Assembly (NCBI GenBank): GCA_963768855.1
Contig: CAVYJM010000006.1
Span: 96,001-160,000, forward strand
From: an uncultured Thermoplasmata archaeon
GTDB taxonomy: Archaea; Thermoplasmatota; Thermoplasmata; RBG-16-68-12
Length of the DNA stretch: 64,000 nucleotides
Direction: 5' to 3'
Shown here: piece by piece, positions 11,125-21,742 of the stretch
Numbering within the stretch: the stretch's first letter is position 1
How the letters are laid out: every line of letters starts with the position of its first letter
The notes under the pieces: generated by a model
Databases searched by the model: none
The model's input: only the letters and a program-made list of their open reading frames with translations
What the model was told of the DNA's origin: nothing
Made by a program: the position numbers and the translations under genes

Positions 11125-11595
11125 TTACACGTCGTTGAGCCAGCTCAGGATTGGCGGACGCGCCGACAGCACATCCACGATCTGATCCATCGCCGCGATA
11201 TGATAATGGTGCCCATCCTTGTCGATGGCATCGGTCGCCTGAGCGTAGAACCATCTCGCATAGCGCGAGTTGTGCACGATGAAGATCGGCCAGGGATAGA
11301 TGCTGTTCGCTTCGTATATGGTGCGCAGCAGGTATTTCTCCTGCGTACCGCGGTGGCATAGCGGCGCGTCGAATAGAATGCGCAGCTCCCTGAATTTAGG
11401 GTCCTGCGCTTTCAAAATGAGCCGGAAGCCCTCCCTGTCGTCGTGCATGGCGTCGAGAAACATCTTGGGCGCCAAGCCGTCGATGGGCTGCCATCGCTCG
11501 AACCGTTCTTCCTCTGCCATCTTGCGGAAAGTGCTTGTGTTCTTTACCCCGCCCCATAATACCAGAGTTTCGCGAGGCGCAAGAAATTCGTGCAA
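11125..11595 (-). CDS. Hypothetical protein (156 aa; start may be later, at MAEEERFERW)
   Basis: Clean ORF with globular composition, isolated between a repeat element and a long intergenic region. Confidence 0.7.
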   Translation of the reverse strand: MHEFLAPRETLVLWGGVKNTSTFRKMAEEERFERWQPIDGLAPKMFLDAMHDDREGFRLILKAQDPKFRELRILFDAPLCHRGTQEKYLLRTIYEANSIYPWPIFIVHNSRYARWFYAQATDAIDKDGHHYHIAAMDQIVDVLSARPPILSWLNDV

Positions 11596-12197
11596 ATACG
11601 GTAAGCGGCGGCGCGCTCCGCACCCTCGGCAAGGGCTCGCGGCGGCGTTGCCGGTAATACTCGAACATCCAGGGGCAACCCTCGGATTAATCGCGCCTTA
11701 ACCTCGTTCGGGCAGCGAAACCGGCTTTTTTGTAAACGTGGCATCCAGCCAAAAACGCGAAAAGATTCGCAAAAAGCGGCGAGCGGCAGTTCCACCACGA
11801 TGTCCATGGACGCCGGCATGCGGGGAAATTGGGTCTCTTTATTGTCGCGGCAGCCAGTGCGGGCATCCTGTGGAAGGCTCTGCTGCGCGCTCCCATGCTG
11901 TTGCTGCAAAGCCACCTTGTGGCGACCCGCTGCCGTGGCGATTCACCAAGGCAGCGGCCACTTGATCGCCGGTCGCATGGCCGGCGTGGGCGGCGTGTCC
12001 CACCGCACGTGGTAGATTTATCACGGTTTACGATCCATTAGATAAAATGTGGAAAAGATGAATTCTTAAATTGTAGCGAATCTCTTACAGCCCTACAGGC
12101 CACAACCTAAGCGTGCATATAGATTGCAGCTCGGGAGACGGCAACTGGAAACCATGCAACCGGGCGCCTAGTCACTGGGCGCAGAGGGAGACTATTA

Positions 12198-12560
12198 ATG
12201 AAAATTATCAGCATACTGACGGCTGCCGCCGTTTCCGTGCTTCTTGCCGCGCCGGCGTTTGCAACCGGTACTGGCCACGCTGATTGTGAACATCAGAGTT
12301 CAAACCCCGACGTGCCACGGCACCTGCACGACTGGCGGCGCGACCGGTACCGCGACCGCCGCAGGTGACACAACGGCCATTGCTTACAGCCACCAGTTCT
12401 TCACCGGCACCTCGACAACCGATGCTAACAAGCAACACGTCAACCGTGGACGGTTCACTCCCATTCAAACGGAACCGCGGCGGGTGAAGACGGCATCGTT
12501 AGCGCGGGTGGCTCGGTTGTCGGCGGCAGCGGCGCCAGCTACCACGTTGGCGCCGAATAG
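12198..12560 (+). CDS. Small secreted Gly/Thr/Ser/Ala-rich protein (reconstruction needs ~3 frameshifts)
   Basis: RBS GAGGGAG, then MKIISILTAAAVSVLLAAPAFA (signal peptide). Successive frames give TPTCHGTCTTGGATGTATAAGDTTAIAYSHQFFTGTSTTDA, TSNTSTVDGSLP and NGTAAGEDGIVSAGGSVVGGSGASYHVGAE*. Not in the ORF track as a single ORF. Confidence 0.5.
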
Positions 12561-12694
12561 GTTCAGGCGCTTGGGCTGCCAGCTCCGGGCTTTTCGCCGA
12601 AAGGCCGGAGCTGGGATGTATCTCTGAGCTGCTGCTGCTGCTGCGCAGGAACACGCACCTTGATGGAAGCATTCGATTTGACGGCGAGGGTGGG

Positions 12695-13291
12695 ATGAGC
12701 GAATCGCGGAGACCTGTTTATTTCGGAGCCGCACTATTTGGGCTTGCAATGTTTGCGGCCGGTCCAGCTCTTGCCGGAGGCGGCAGCGGTTTCCAATTGC
12801 CGGATTTGGTGCCGGGCACGGAGCCGGTGCAAAGCTCCGGAGCAAGCGGCGCGTTGGGCACGGGCTTCGGAACAACTTATAGCTGGGCGGCCGAAACCGT
12901 CGATGTGCACTCCTCCAGCTATTCCTTTTACGGCACGGTCGAGGCCAACGGGGTGGCGAGCAACACCCCCGCTGGCGTGGGAAGCGCCGTGGCCGCTGGC
13001 GGTTACGGAGTTGCGGCGGAGAACGGAAACACCCCAATCAGCGTGACGAGCACAAATTTCTCGGAGACGTTTGCGAAGGGGGCCTTCAGCATCTCTCTGG
13101 GCGAGGCTTCTCTCTATGCGACGGTCACGGTGAACGGACGCCAGTATCTCGTCGCGAAGGAGCTAGCGGTAGCGCTGTCGCGCGGCACGCCATCGGGCAC
13201 GTCGGCCTCCACCTATGTGAGCGCCACTTCTCCGGATGGCGGGTCTTATTCGACAACTCAGGTCATCGTCACAAAGAGCGGAAGCCACTGA
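12695..13291 (+). CDS. Secreted Gly/Ser/Thr/Ala-rich protein, 198 aa
   Basis: Signal peptide ending AGPALA; mature part is low in charge with alternating beta-strand patterns (SVTSTNFSETFAKGAFSISLGEASLYATVTVNG). Confidence 0.75.
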   Translation: MSESRRPVYFGAALFGLAMFAAGPALAGGGSGFQLPDLVPGTEPVQSSGASGALGTGFGTTYSWAAETVDVHSSSYSFYGTVEANGVASNTPAGVGSAVAAGGYGVAAENGNTPISVTSTNFSETFAKGAFSISLGEASLYATVTVNGRQYLVAKELAVALSRGTPSGTSASTYVSATSPDGGSYSTTQVIVTKSGSH

Positions 13292-13362
13292 GGCACGTCC
13301 GCCACGAGTAGCGGCGCGAAGCCGGAAGGCCGCGCCGGCGTCAACCTGGAAACGGCAGTGGC

Positions 13363-13452
13363 GTCGTCCCCGCGAAGGCGAGGACCCAGGGTAAACATAT
13401 ACAGAGACGGTATTTTTTGGCTGGCATGGATTCCCGCCCGCGCGGGAATGAC
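13363..13452. repeat. Palindromic intergenic repeat, family B variant
   Basis: gtcgtccccgcgaaggcgaggacccag...ggattcccgcccgcgcgggaatgac. Confidence 0.65.
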
Positions 13453-13575
13453 GCGCGTGCGCCATGTCTGTCACCTTTCACCTGGCAGGTGAAAGGGGCA
13501 ACAACCGCTAGCACGTTGTTTCGCCGGACATTCTCTTGTTCTGGCCAGTTCAACTGCCGGATTTGGGTATAACCA

Positions 13576-16025
13576 ATGGGGGAGCAAATGGGGCGTTCGT
13601 TATTCGGCTTGACGGCGGCTTTGGCCGCGGCTTCGGCCTTGCAGCCGGCGGCAGCGCAAAATGCACAGCCCGCCAATGTTTACCAGCCGTGGGATGCCAC
13701 GCTCTCCGCGTCATCGTATCCCGTCACGGCGGGACGATGGAATTCCGGGGTCGTGGGGCCATGGAATTCTGGGGCCATAGGGCCGTGGGCCACCAGCGCC
13801 AGCGAGATGTGGCGCACGCAAACCGAAGCGCCCGCACCCGTGGGATTCGAGCCGGTTCCCGGCATCACTTTCGTGCCGAAGGCATTCAGCGAGACTGGTT
13901 ACGATACCAATCCCGCCCAGAGCCTGTCCGATGCGAAAGGGTCGGCATTCGGCCGCACCGGCGCGGGATTCAATTTGAGTTCGGTGAGTCCGGGCACGAT
14001 TGCCTCGCTGAATGCCGCGGGCAGCTTCCTCGATTATCTCAACGATGCCGCGTTCGCCAATTCCACGCGCTACGCGGGCTCCGCAAATACGAGTATCACC
14101 TATCTCGTCCGGCCGGGTGTGACCGTGTCGTCCGGCGCGTTCATCACCTACGATGGCGAAAGCGCAAACAAGACCCAGTCGGATGGGGCAACTGCCGAGC
14201 TTGCCTATGGAGGCAGTCTCGTTGCCAGCAGTTTGCGTTTGTCCTTCAAGCAGGTGGAGTATCTTAACGGCGAGGGCGTGGCCAACGATCCGCTAGTTCT
14301 GAGTTCCGCCTACAATTACAGCCGCAGCGATATTACCTGGGTGGGCTTGCTTGGCCGCGGCTGGGCTGCCTCGCCCTATGTGGAGGTGAGCGGCGCGCGC
14401 GTCGATTATACGGACCAGAGCGACCCTGCCGCGGTGGACCGCAGCGCGAACGACTATCACGCCAAGGCGGGCCTGCGCTTGCACCTTTCCCCAGAGCTTA
14501 CCACCGATGTTGGCTGGCGCGTCAATTGGCGCGACACCGAAGATCGGCAGGTGGGCAGCTACGACTTTAACGGTTTCGACGGCAGCTTGACTTGGCGGCC
14601 CTCGCCCTTCTTCAACCTTACCGCCGCCGCGGAAAGGTATATCGGCGAGCCGTCCACGAGCATGGGGGTTCTTGCCGATGTGCGCTCCTACAGCGTCAAG
14701 GCGGGCTATCTGCCAGTGCCCGGAGTGACGGTCAGCGCGGCGGCAGGCTGGCAGATCGCCACGGATATCGGCAGTGGCGCCGCCTATCGGATGGATTATG
14801 CCGGCGCTCAGTTTACATGGGATTACAGTAGTCACGTGCAATTCTACACGACGGCGAATTACCAAACCTACGATATCAAGTGGCAGGATTCCGGTTACAA
14901 CGAACTGCGCGTCGCGTCGGGCGTGCGTATCATTCCCGATGGCCAGGCTTTGTTCACTGGCGAAAGCGTCCAAAGCTTGATTGAGCGGCTCGGTTTTCGC
15001 CAGGCACGCCCTCAGGCTCGCAGCTCAGCGTTTCAACCGGCTATTCCTGGTTCGGGCTGCCCGATATGAAGATGGTCACGGTTATGAGCCCGCCAGTGGC
15101 TGGCCCCGGCACGATGCCGAGCCAGGCCCTCCGGCAGCAGACGAACGCCAGCAACGCGGATGGCCTGCGGACGGACCTGCGCTTGGCCAATTTCGCGGAA
15201 GGGGCTTTGCCGGATGGACGCCTGCTGAGCTTCGGCCTGTCGGGCTTCTACGCCAATTACCAAAGCGGCACTCATACGCATTGCATGTACACGGTCACAA
15301 CGGACTGCGCGATTGTGAATATCGTCGACTTCAGCTCCACGCAGCCTAATAACACGGGGCTTGGCGGCGAACTCAACGTAACGGTGCACAGGAACGTGGA
15401 TTATTACGGAACCGCGGTGGATGTGCGCTGGGGCGACTGGGCGGGCGGCGGCCAGAAGGATGGCCCTCGGGCAGAAGCGCTTTCTCCGTTCAGGCTGGGC
15501 GTGGCGATGCGCGGCATCTCAGAGACGGCGAATTTGACCTCCGTCGATCCGCAGGTGAGCGCCCCGGCAAAGTACAAGGAAAGCCTGGACACGCAGTATT
15601 ACGGCGGCTTTGCGGGGTTCGAGCACGAGCATAGGCTAGGCGATGGCTGGAGTGTCCACTTGGATGCCACCGCAGGCGTGTATTACACGACAGTCGACTA
15701 TCAAGGCCGCTATACGGGCTACACGCTCTTGATCCCCACCGGTTACTTCGAGGAATATGGGAGCGTCAATTCCGGGCTTGAGCGGGCCTCGTTCATTGGC
15801 AGCGTCCGGCTGGATCTGAAGCAGCAGCTGGGCTGGGGCGCAATCGGACTATACGGCCAGGGCGAGTATTTGAGCTACGTTCCGCGCATCGCCTATAACA
15901 ATAACGATCAGGCCAGCGGCTATCTGCTCGGCGGAGTTAACGGCACGCAGACCGGCACGCGGATTGCATCCGGCGATGCGTTCAACTTCACGGCGGGATT
16001 GAATGTTTCAGTGCCGGTGAATTAG
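13576..16025 (+). CDS. Outer-membrane beta-barrel protein, probably one gene with two barrel-like regions (frameshift near 15000)
   Basis: Signal peptide and WNSG-x-x-GPW repeats, then ~400 aa of amphipathic strands resembling polysaccharide-export-associated OMPs. Across a T4 run near 14995 the frame SPGTPSGSQLSVSTGYSWFGLPD runs directly into ORF 15066..16025, which lacks its own signal peptide and ends FNFTAGLNVSVPVN. Confidence 0.7.
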
Positions 16026-16214
16026 AGCGCGGGTAACGCAAGCGCGGTATCTTGGCTCGAAGCTTGCAAAGACCGATATGTACTTGGCTAGAGCGGGATC
16101 GGCCGCGACGGAATTGCTTGGCATCGCCGGCCCGGAACCGGCTCTGCCGATATCCGGGCTGTTACCAACGCCGGCATGCGTTGCGATCCCGGATAGCGAG
16201 CATCACGTCCGATT

Positions 16215-19200
16215 ATGCTTCAGGATGCCAGCGCGGTGAGTAAGTTGGAAAGCGGATCTCACATTAGCCTATCGGGCTCCCTCGGCGAAAACCTCCGGAC
16301 GTGCCGCCATCGCGGCGGCATACCGGACGCCGGAGCCAGTTTGCGTGCCGCCGCTGATCGGGGAAGCGCGCATGGACCCCGCCGCATCGGCGAGCGTGGG
16401 GCGGCTTGCGGCCGGGCTGATAGCCAAAGTCCGCGGCGGGCGCACGCACATGTTTGGCGTCGAAGCGCTGATGAAGGAGTTCGCGCTTTCGAGCCAGGAA
16501 GGCGTGGCGCTGATGTGCCTGGCCGAGGCGCTGCTGCGCATCCCCGACGCGCATACGCGCGACCTTCTGATCCGCGACAAGATCAGCCACGGCGACTGGG
16601 GCGCGCATGTGGGCGCCAGCCCATCATGGTTCGTCAACGCGTCAGCCTGGGGCTTGCTCATCACCGGCAAGCTCGTCGCCACCCATAGCGAGGCGGGCAT
16701 GGCGGCAGCGCTTGGCCGCGCGCTCGCCAGGGGCGGCGAGCCGGTGATCCGGCAGGCGTGGACATGGCGATGCGCCTGCTGGGCGAGCAGTTCGTGACCG
16801 GCCAGACCATCGAGGAGGCGCTGCAGCATGCGCGGCCGCTCGAGGCGCGCGGTTTCTGCTACTCCTACGACATGCTGGGCGAAGCGGCGATCACGGCGGA
16901 GGATGCCGCGCGTTACTGCGCGTCCTACGAGCACGCGATCCACGCCATCGGCGCATACCGGCGCGGCAGCGACGATATACGAGGCGCCCGGCATCTCGGT
17001 CAAGCTGTCGGCGCTGCATCCGCGCTACAGCTGCGCGCAAGCGAGGCCGGGTGATGGACGAGCTCTATCCGCGGCTCTTGAACGCTTGCGCTGCTCGCCA
17101 GCCGGTACGACATCGGCTTCAACATCGACGCCGAGGAGGCCGACCGGCTGGAGCTCTCGCTCGACCTGCTGGAAGCGCTGTGCGCCGATCCGGCGCTCGG
17201 CGGGCTGGAACGGCTCGGCTTCGTCGTGCAGGCCTACCAGAAGCGCGCGCCCTGCGTGATCGACTGTCTGATCGATCGCTGGCGCGAGCGCAAGCCGGCG
17301 GCTCATGGTCCGGCTGGTCAAGGGCGCCTATTGGGACAGCGAGATCAAGCGCGCGCAGGTCGACGGGCTGGACGGCTACCCGGTCTTCACGCGCAAGGCC
17401 TACACCGATGTGTCCTACCTCGCCTGCGCCAAGCGGCTGCTCGCCGCGCGCGACGCGGTCTTCCCGCAGTTCGCCACCCACAACGCGCAGACGCTGTCGG
17501 CCGTCTATCAGATGGCCGGAGCGGAACTTCTACGGCCGGCGAGTACGAGTTCCAGTGCCTGCACGGCATGGGCGAGCCGCTCTACGAGCAAGTCGTCGGC
17601 GCCGGGCAAGCTCGAACCGGCCCTGCCGCATCTACGCGCCGGTCGGCACGCACGAGACGCTGCTCGCCTATCTGGTGCGCCGGCTGCTGGAGAACGGCGC
17701 CAACACCTCCTTCGTTCATCAGCTCGCCGACGAGAAAACGCCCATCGCCGATCTCACCGCCGATCCGGCCCTGGAGGCGGCCAAATATGGGGGCGCGCCG
17801 CATCCAGCTATCGTGCTGCCGCACGATTTGTTCGGCGAAGAGCGCAGGAATTCGACGGGGCTCGATCTTTCCGATGCGCAAGTGCGCGAGAAGCTGGAAC
17901 GCGCCATCGAGGACAGCCGGGCGGCGGATTTGGAAGCCGGGCCAATTATTTTCGCTCCGCTGCTGCCGGCGCCGCGGCCGAAAGGCAGGTCGTCAATCCA
18001 GCAAACCATGCCGACATCGTGGGCTATGTCTCGGATGCCAGCGCGCTTGGCATCGAGGACGCAATGGCTGCCGCAACGGCATCTGCCCCGAAATGGGCGC
18101 GGACTGCCGCCGCGGAGCGCGCCGCAATGCTGGAGCGGGGCGGCGGACCTGCTGGAGCATTCCATGGAGCGGCTTTGCGAGCTGATCGTGCGCGAGGCGG
18201 GCCAGACCATGCCCAACGCCATTTCGGAGGTGCGCGAGGCCGTCGACTTCCTGCGCTATTACGCAGGCCAGGCCCGCGCGCTAGAGCCGGGCCATGAGCC
18301 GCTTGGGCCGGTGGTCTGCATCAGCCCGTGGAACTTTCCGCTGGCGATCTTCACCGGCCAGATCGCGGCGGCGCTCGCGGCGGGAAACCCGGTGCTCGCC
18401 AAGCCGGCGGAGCAGACGCCGCTGATCGCCGCGCAAGCCGTGCGCCTGCTGCACGAGGCCGGCGTGCCGCGCGATGTCTTGCAGCTTCTTCCGGGAGCGG
18501 GAGAGGTCGGGGCGGCGCTCGTCGCCGATCCGGGCACGAAGGCCGTGCTGTTCACCGGCTCGACCGAGGTTGCGCGCCACATCCAGGCAGCGCTCGCCGG
18601 AGCGCGGCAACATTCCCTTCATCGCCGAGACCGGCGGCCAGAACGCGATGATCGTCGACTCCTCCGCACTGCCGGAGCAGGTGGTTGGCGACGTGCTGGC
18701 CTCCGCCTTCGACTCCGCCGGCCAGCGCTGCTCGGCGCTGCGCGTCCTCTGCCTGCAGGAAACAATCGCGGATCGCGTCATTGGCATGCTCAAGGGCGCG
18801 ATGGCGGAGCTCTACGTTGGCGATCCGGCGAAGCTCGAAACGGATGTCGGGCCGGTGATCGATGCGGAGGCGCAGGCGGCGCTCAAGTCCTACATCGCCG
18901 CGCACAAGACGCATATTCTGTTTCAAGCGCCGCTTCCGGCGGAATGCGCGGGCGGGACATTCGTCGCGCCAACGCTGCTCGAAATCGGCTCCATCGGCGA
19001 GCTGAAACGCGAGGTGTTCGGGCCGATGCTGCATGTGCTTCGCTTCAAGCGCAGCGAGCTGGCGCGCCTCGTAAAGGAGATCGATGCCACCGGCTACGGC
19101 CTCACGCTCGGCATTCACTCGCGCATCGACGAAACCATCGATTTCATCGCGGCCCGCGCCAATGCCGGGAACATCTATGTGAACCGGAACATGATCGGCG

Positions 19201-19898
19201 CGGTGGTGGGCGTGCAGCCTTTCGGCGGCGAGGGGCTGTCGGGAACCGGGCCCAAGGCTGGCGGGCCGCTCACGCTGCACCGGCTGCTGCGGAAAGGTCC
19301 GCCGCCGAAGCTCCAGGGCGCGCGGGATGAGACGAAGCTCGATGCTCTGCGGATTTTCAAGGCGTGGATCGAGGCTGGCGCGGGCCGCCTGCTCAAGGCC
19401 GGCGAGCGCACCCGGCTTGGCGAGTTCCTCAGGCTTTACCTCGAAACCTCGCCCGCCGGCCTGGAAATGCTGCTGCCCGGCCCCGTGGGCGAGGAAAACC
19501 GGCTTCTTCTCCTGCCACGCGGCCGCGTGCTTGGGATCGCGGGCACGGCATTCGAGGCATTGCATCAGTTCGGCGCGGCGCTGGCCAGCGGAAACCGCTT
19601 TGTCCTGGCTGGCACCGAAGGCTTGCGCACCTTGCGCGAGCTGCTGCCCGCCGCCTTGCAGCCGCATATCGAATTCACGGGCGATTGGGAGAAAGCCGGA
19701 TTCGATGCCGTTCTCCTCTCCGGTGATGCGAGGATTGGCGAGGTAGCGCGCGCGCTTGCCGGCCGTCCCGGCCCCATCGTCCAGATTGTGTGCGGCGCAC
19801 CTGAGTTCCGCCTGTTCCGGCTCATCAAGGAGAAGTGCGTCTCCGTCAACACCGCCGCCGCCGGCGGCAATGCCAGCCTGATGACCATCGGCAAGTGA
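16215..19898 (+). CDS. putA: Bifunctional proline dehydrogenase / P5C dehydrogenase PutA, broken by many frameshifts
   Basis: EFALSSQEGVALMCLAEALLRIPD, SYDMLGEAA, SVKLSALHPRY, RLVKGAYWDSEIK, LVRRLLENGANTSF, CISPWNFPLAIFTGQ, ETGGQN, SAFDSAGQRCSALR and GPKAGGP motifs appear in order across successive frames. Confidence 0.93.
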
Positions 19899-20247
19899 GG
19901 AAGTCCCCCTCACTCTGTCTCTCTCCCAGCGGGGAGAGACCCCAGAATTATCCACTCAACTTGACCGGAGGGCCGCAGCCAACTTCCTCTCCCATCCGCA
20001 TCCGCTTGCGGGATACGTCAGCCGCACTTGCGTCTCCGCAGCATAAAATGCAACCAATAGTGTATGTCGCGAGTATTATATAAGAAAGTCCAAGCCAAAC
20101 TCCGGATGACGGCATTAATTATTACACAATAATGCTTGTGTATGGTATATTCTTGGGCGTTTCAGCTGTACATTGTAGTTCCAGAGGGAACCCGGCGTAC
20201 AAGGCTGAACTTAGTTCGCTTCCTTTCGTGAAGCGGGGAGATGTGGA

Positions 20248-20864
20248 ATGAGTAGGTTGGGTGTAATGCTCTTCGCCATGGGTGCGGTTTCGCTGTCCCC
20301 GCTGGCAGGCACGGAGACGGCAAGCGCCGGGGTTTTTCGGCCCGCGATTGCGGCATTGGAAGCAGGTGCCGCGGATTCCGCTATAACGCAGGTGCAGTAT
20401 TGGCGTGATGGCTACGGTGGTGGCGGCGGTCCCTGGGGCGGGGGGTATAACGGTTGGAACGGAGGCTGGGGGGAATAACGGCTGGAATGGAGGCTGGCGC
20501 GGCGGCTGGGGGAATAGCGGCTGGAACGGAGGCTGGCGCGGCGGCTGGGGATGGAACAACCCAGGTTATTATGGCGCCGGTTATGGCGGCGGGTTCCTCA
20601 TGCGGCGGCTGCGGCGGCGGAGGATGCTGCGATCCGCTCCCGCCTCCTCCACCACCCCCTCCTTGCTGCGGCAACAACCAGCCGTTCATCGTGCCTGTTC
20701 CGGTCGCCACCCCCGTCCCGTACCCCATTCCCTACCCGGTGGCGGCCGCTCAAATAGCTTGGCTAAAGGTGCAGGCGCCAGCCGTCATCCGGTGTCTGCG
20801 CACTCGTCCTCCGCGGAATGGCACGTATGGCGCTAGACACCATATTGATACGTATGGTATCTAA
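20248..20864 (+). CDS. Secreted Gly/Trp/Asn-repeat protein with a Cys/Pro-rich tail (2 frameshifts in G runs)
   Basis: Signal peptide, then repeats NGWNGGWRGGWGN (39-bp DNA repeats at ~20450-20555), then SCGGCGGGGCCDPLPPPPPPPPCCG and VPVPVATPVPYPIPYP. The 3' end is uncertain. Confidence 0.6.
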
Positions 20865-20870
20865 CGCCAT

Positions 20871-21159
20871 ATGAAGGCTAGGCGTATCTTCTACGACCGC
20901 ATGGATTATTCCGATGGGGACATCCTGGAGATGACCATTTGGAAGCTTTCCGCGCCTGTCCAGGGGAGCGCACACCAGCTGAAATACAGCCTGTTTTACG
21001 GCCGGCCTGGCATGCGGCGTGGTGGGCTACGACAACGAGCGGGGGAAGGGCGATCATCGCCACTTCGAGGGCCGCGAGGAACCATACATTTTCACAACAC
21101 CGGAGGCCCTTATCGAGGACTTCCTGGCGGATGTGAAGAAACTGCGAGGTGAATTATGA
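20871..21159 (+). CDS. DUF6516 (TumE-like) putative toxin; frameshift near 21020
   Basis: EMTIWKLSAPVQGSAHQLKYSLFYG...GYDNERGKGDHRHFEGREEPYIF; its stop overlaps the next start (ATGA). Confidence 0.75.
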
Positions 21160-21503
21160 GCGAAAACGTCCGCGTCCACATTGGCACGCCCGGGGATATG
21201 GGGCAGCGCTTTGCCGATGCGTGGCACCGGGCCGAGCGTGGCGAGACGGTTGACGAAACCAATGTCACCTTCCGCGATCTGGAAACGATGCTTTCGGCAT
21301 TAACGCCCAAACGCCTGCAACTGCTGCGTTACGTTCGCCGTCATGAGGTCCGTAACGTCAAGGCGCTGGCGGCCGGGCTGCAGCGGAATTACAAGAACGT
21401 CCATAAGGATGTGGAGGAGCTTTCGAAGCTGGGGCTCCTATCCCGGACGCCTGACCGGGTCGTGGCCCCCTATGCTGAGGTGGATGCCCGGTTTGTGCTT
21501 TAA
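21156..21503 (+). CDS. HTH transcriptional regulator / putative antitoxin (COG4190, HVO_A0114-like)
   Basis: LSALTPKRLQLLRYV...VKALAAGLQRNYKNVHKDVEELSKLGLL winged-helix pattern; coupled to the DUF6516 gene. Confidence 0.8.
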   Translation: MSENVRVHIGTPGDMGQRFADAWHRAERGETVDETNVTFRDLETMLSALTPKRLQLLRYVRRHEVRNVKALAAGLQRNYKNVHKDVEELSKLGLLSRTPDRVVAPYAEVDARFVL

Positions 21504-21527
21504 ACTTGGCTGAGTAGTTCCGTGACC

Positions 21528-21639
21528 GTCATCCCGAAACGGCGCTTGCGCCGTATCCGGGATCGTCACGAACGCCGGCGCCCTTTAAGATCCCATGTCC
21601 GCGCAGTGTCATTTCATGGCGCGGCGCGCACGGGATGAC
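21528..21639. repeat. Palindromic intergenic repeat, family B
   Basis: gtcatcccgaaacggcgcttgcgccgtatccgggatc...cgggatgac. Confidence 0.7.
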
Positions 21640-21742
21640 ATCCGCGGAAGTGCGCGGCGGGAGGGGATTGCATGCGGAAACGTTTGCATCGGCCGCAAAA
21701 CTTGCCCAAATCAGCGCAGGCAACAGGCAAACGCGCGGGCGC

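Noticed and set aside
16215-19898. putA (and mutL, nagZ, tnpA) as pseudogenes
   Set aside because: All motifs are present in order with conserved codons and only single-base shifts; this is more consistent with read errors than decay.
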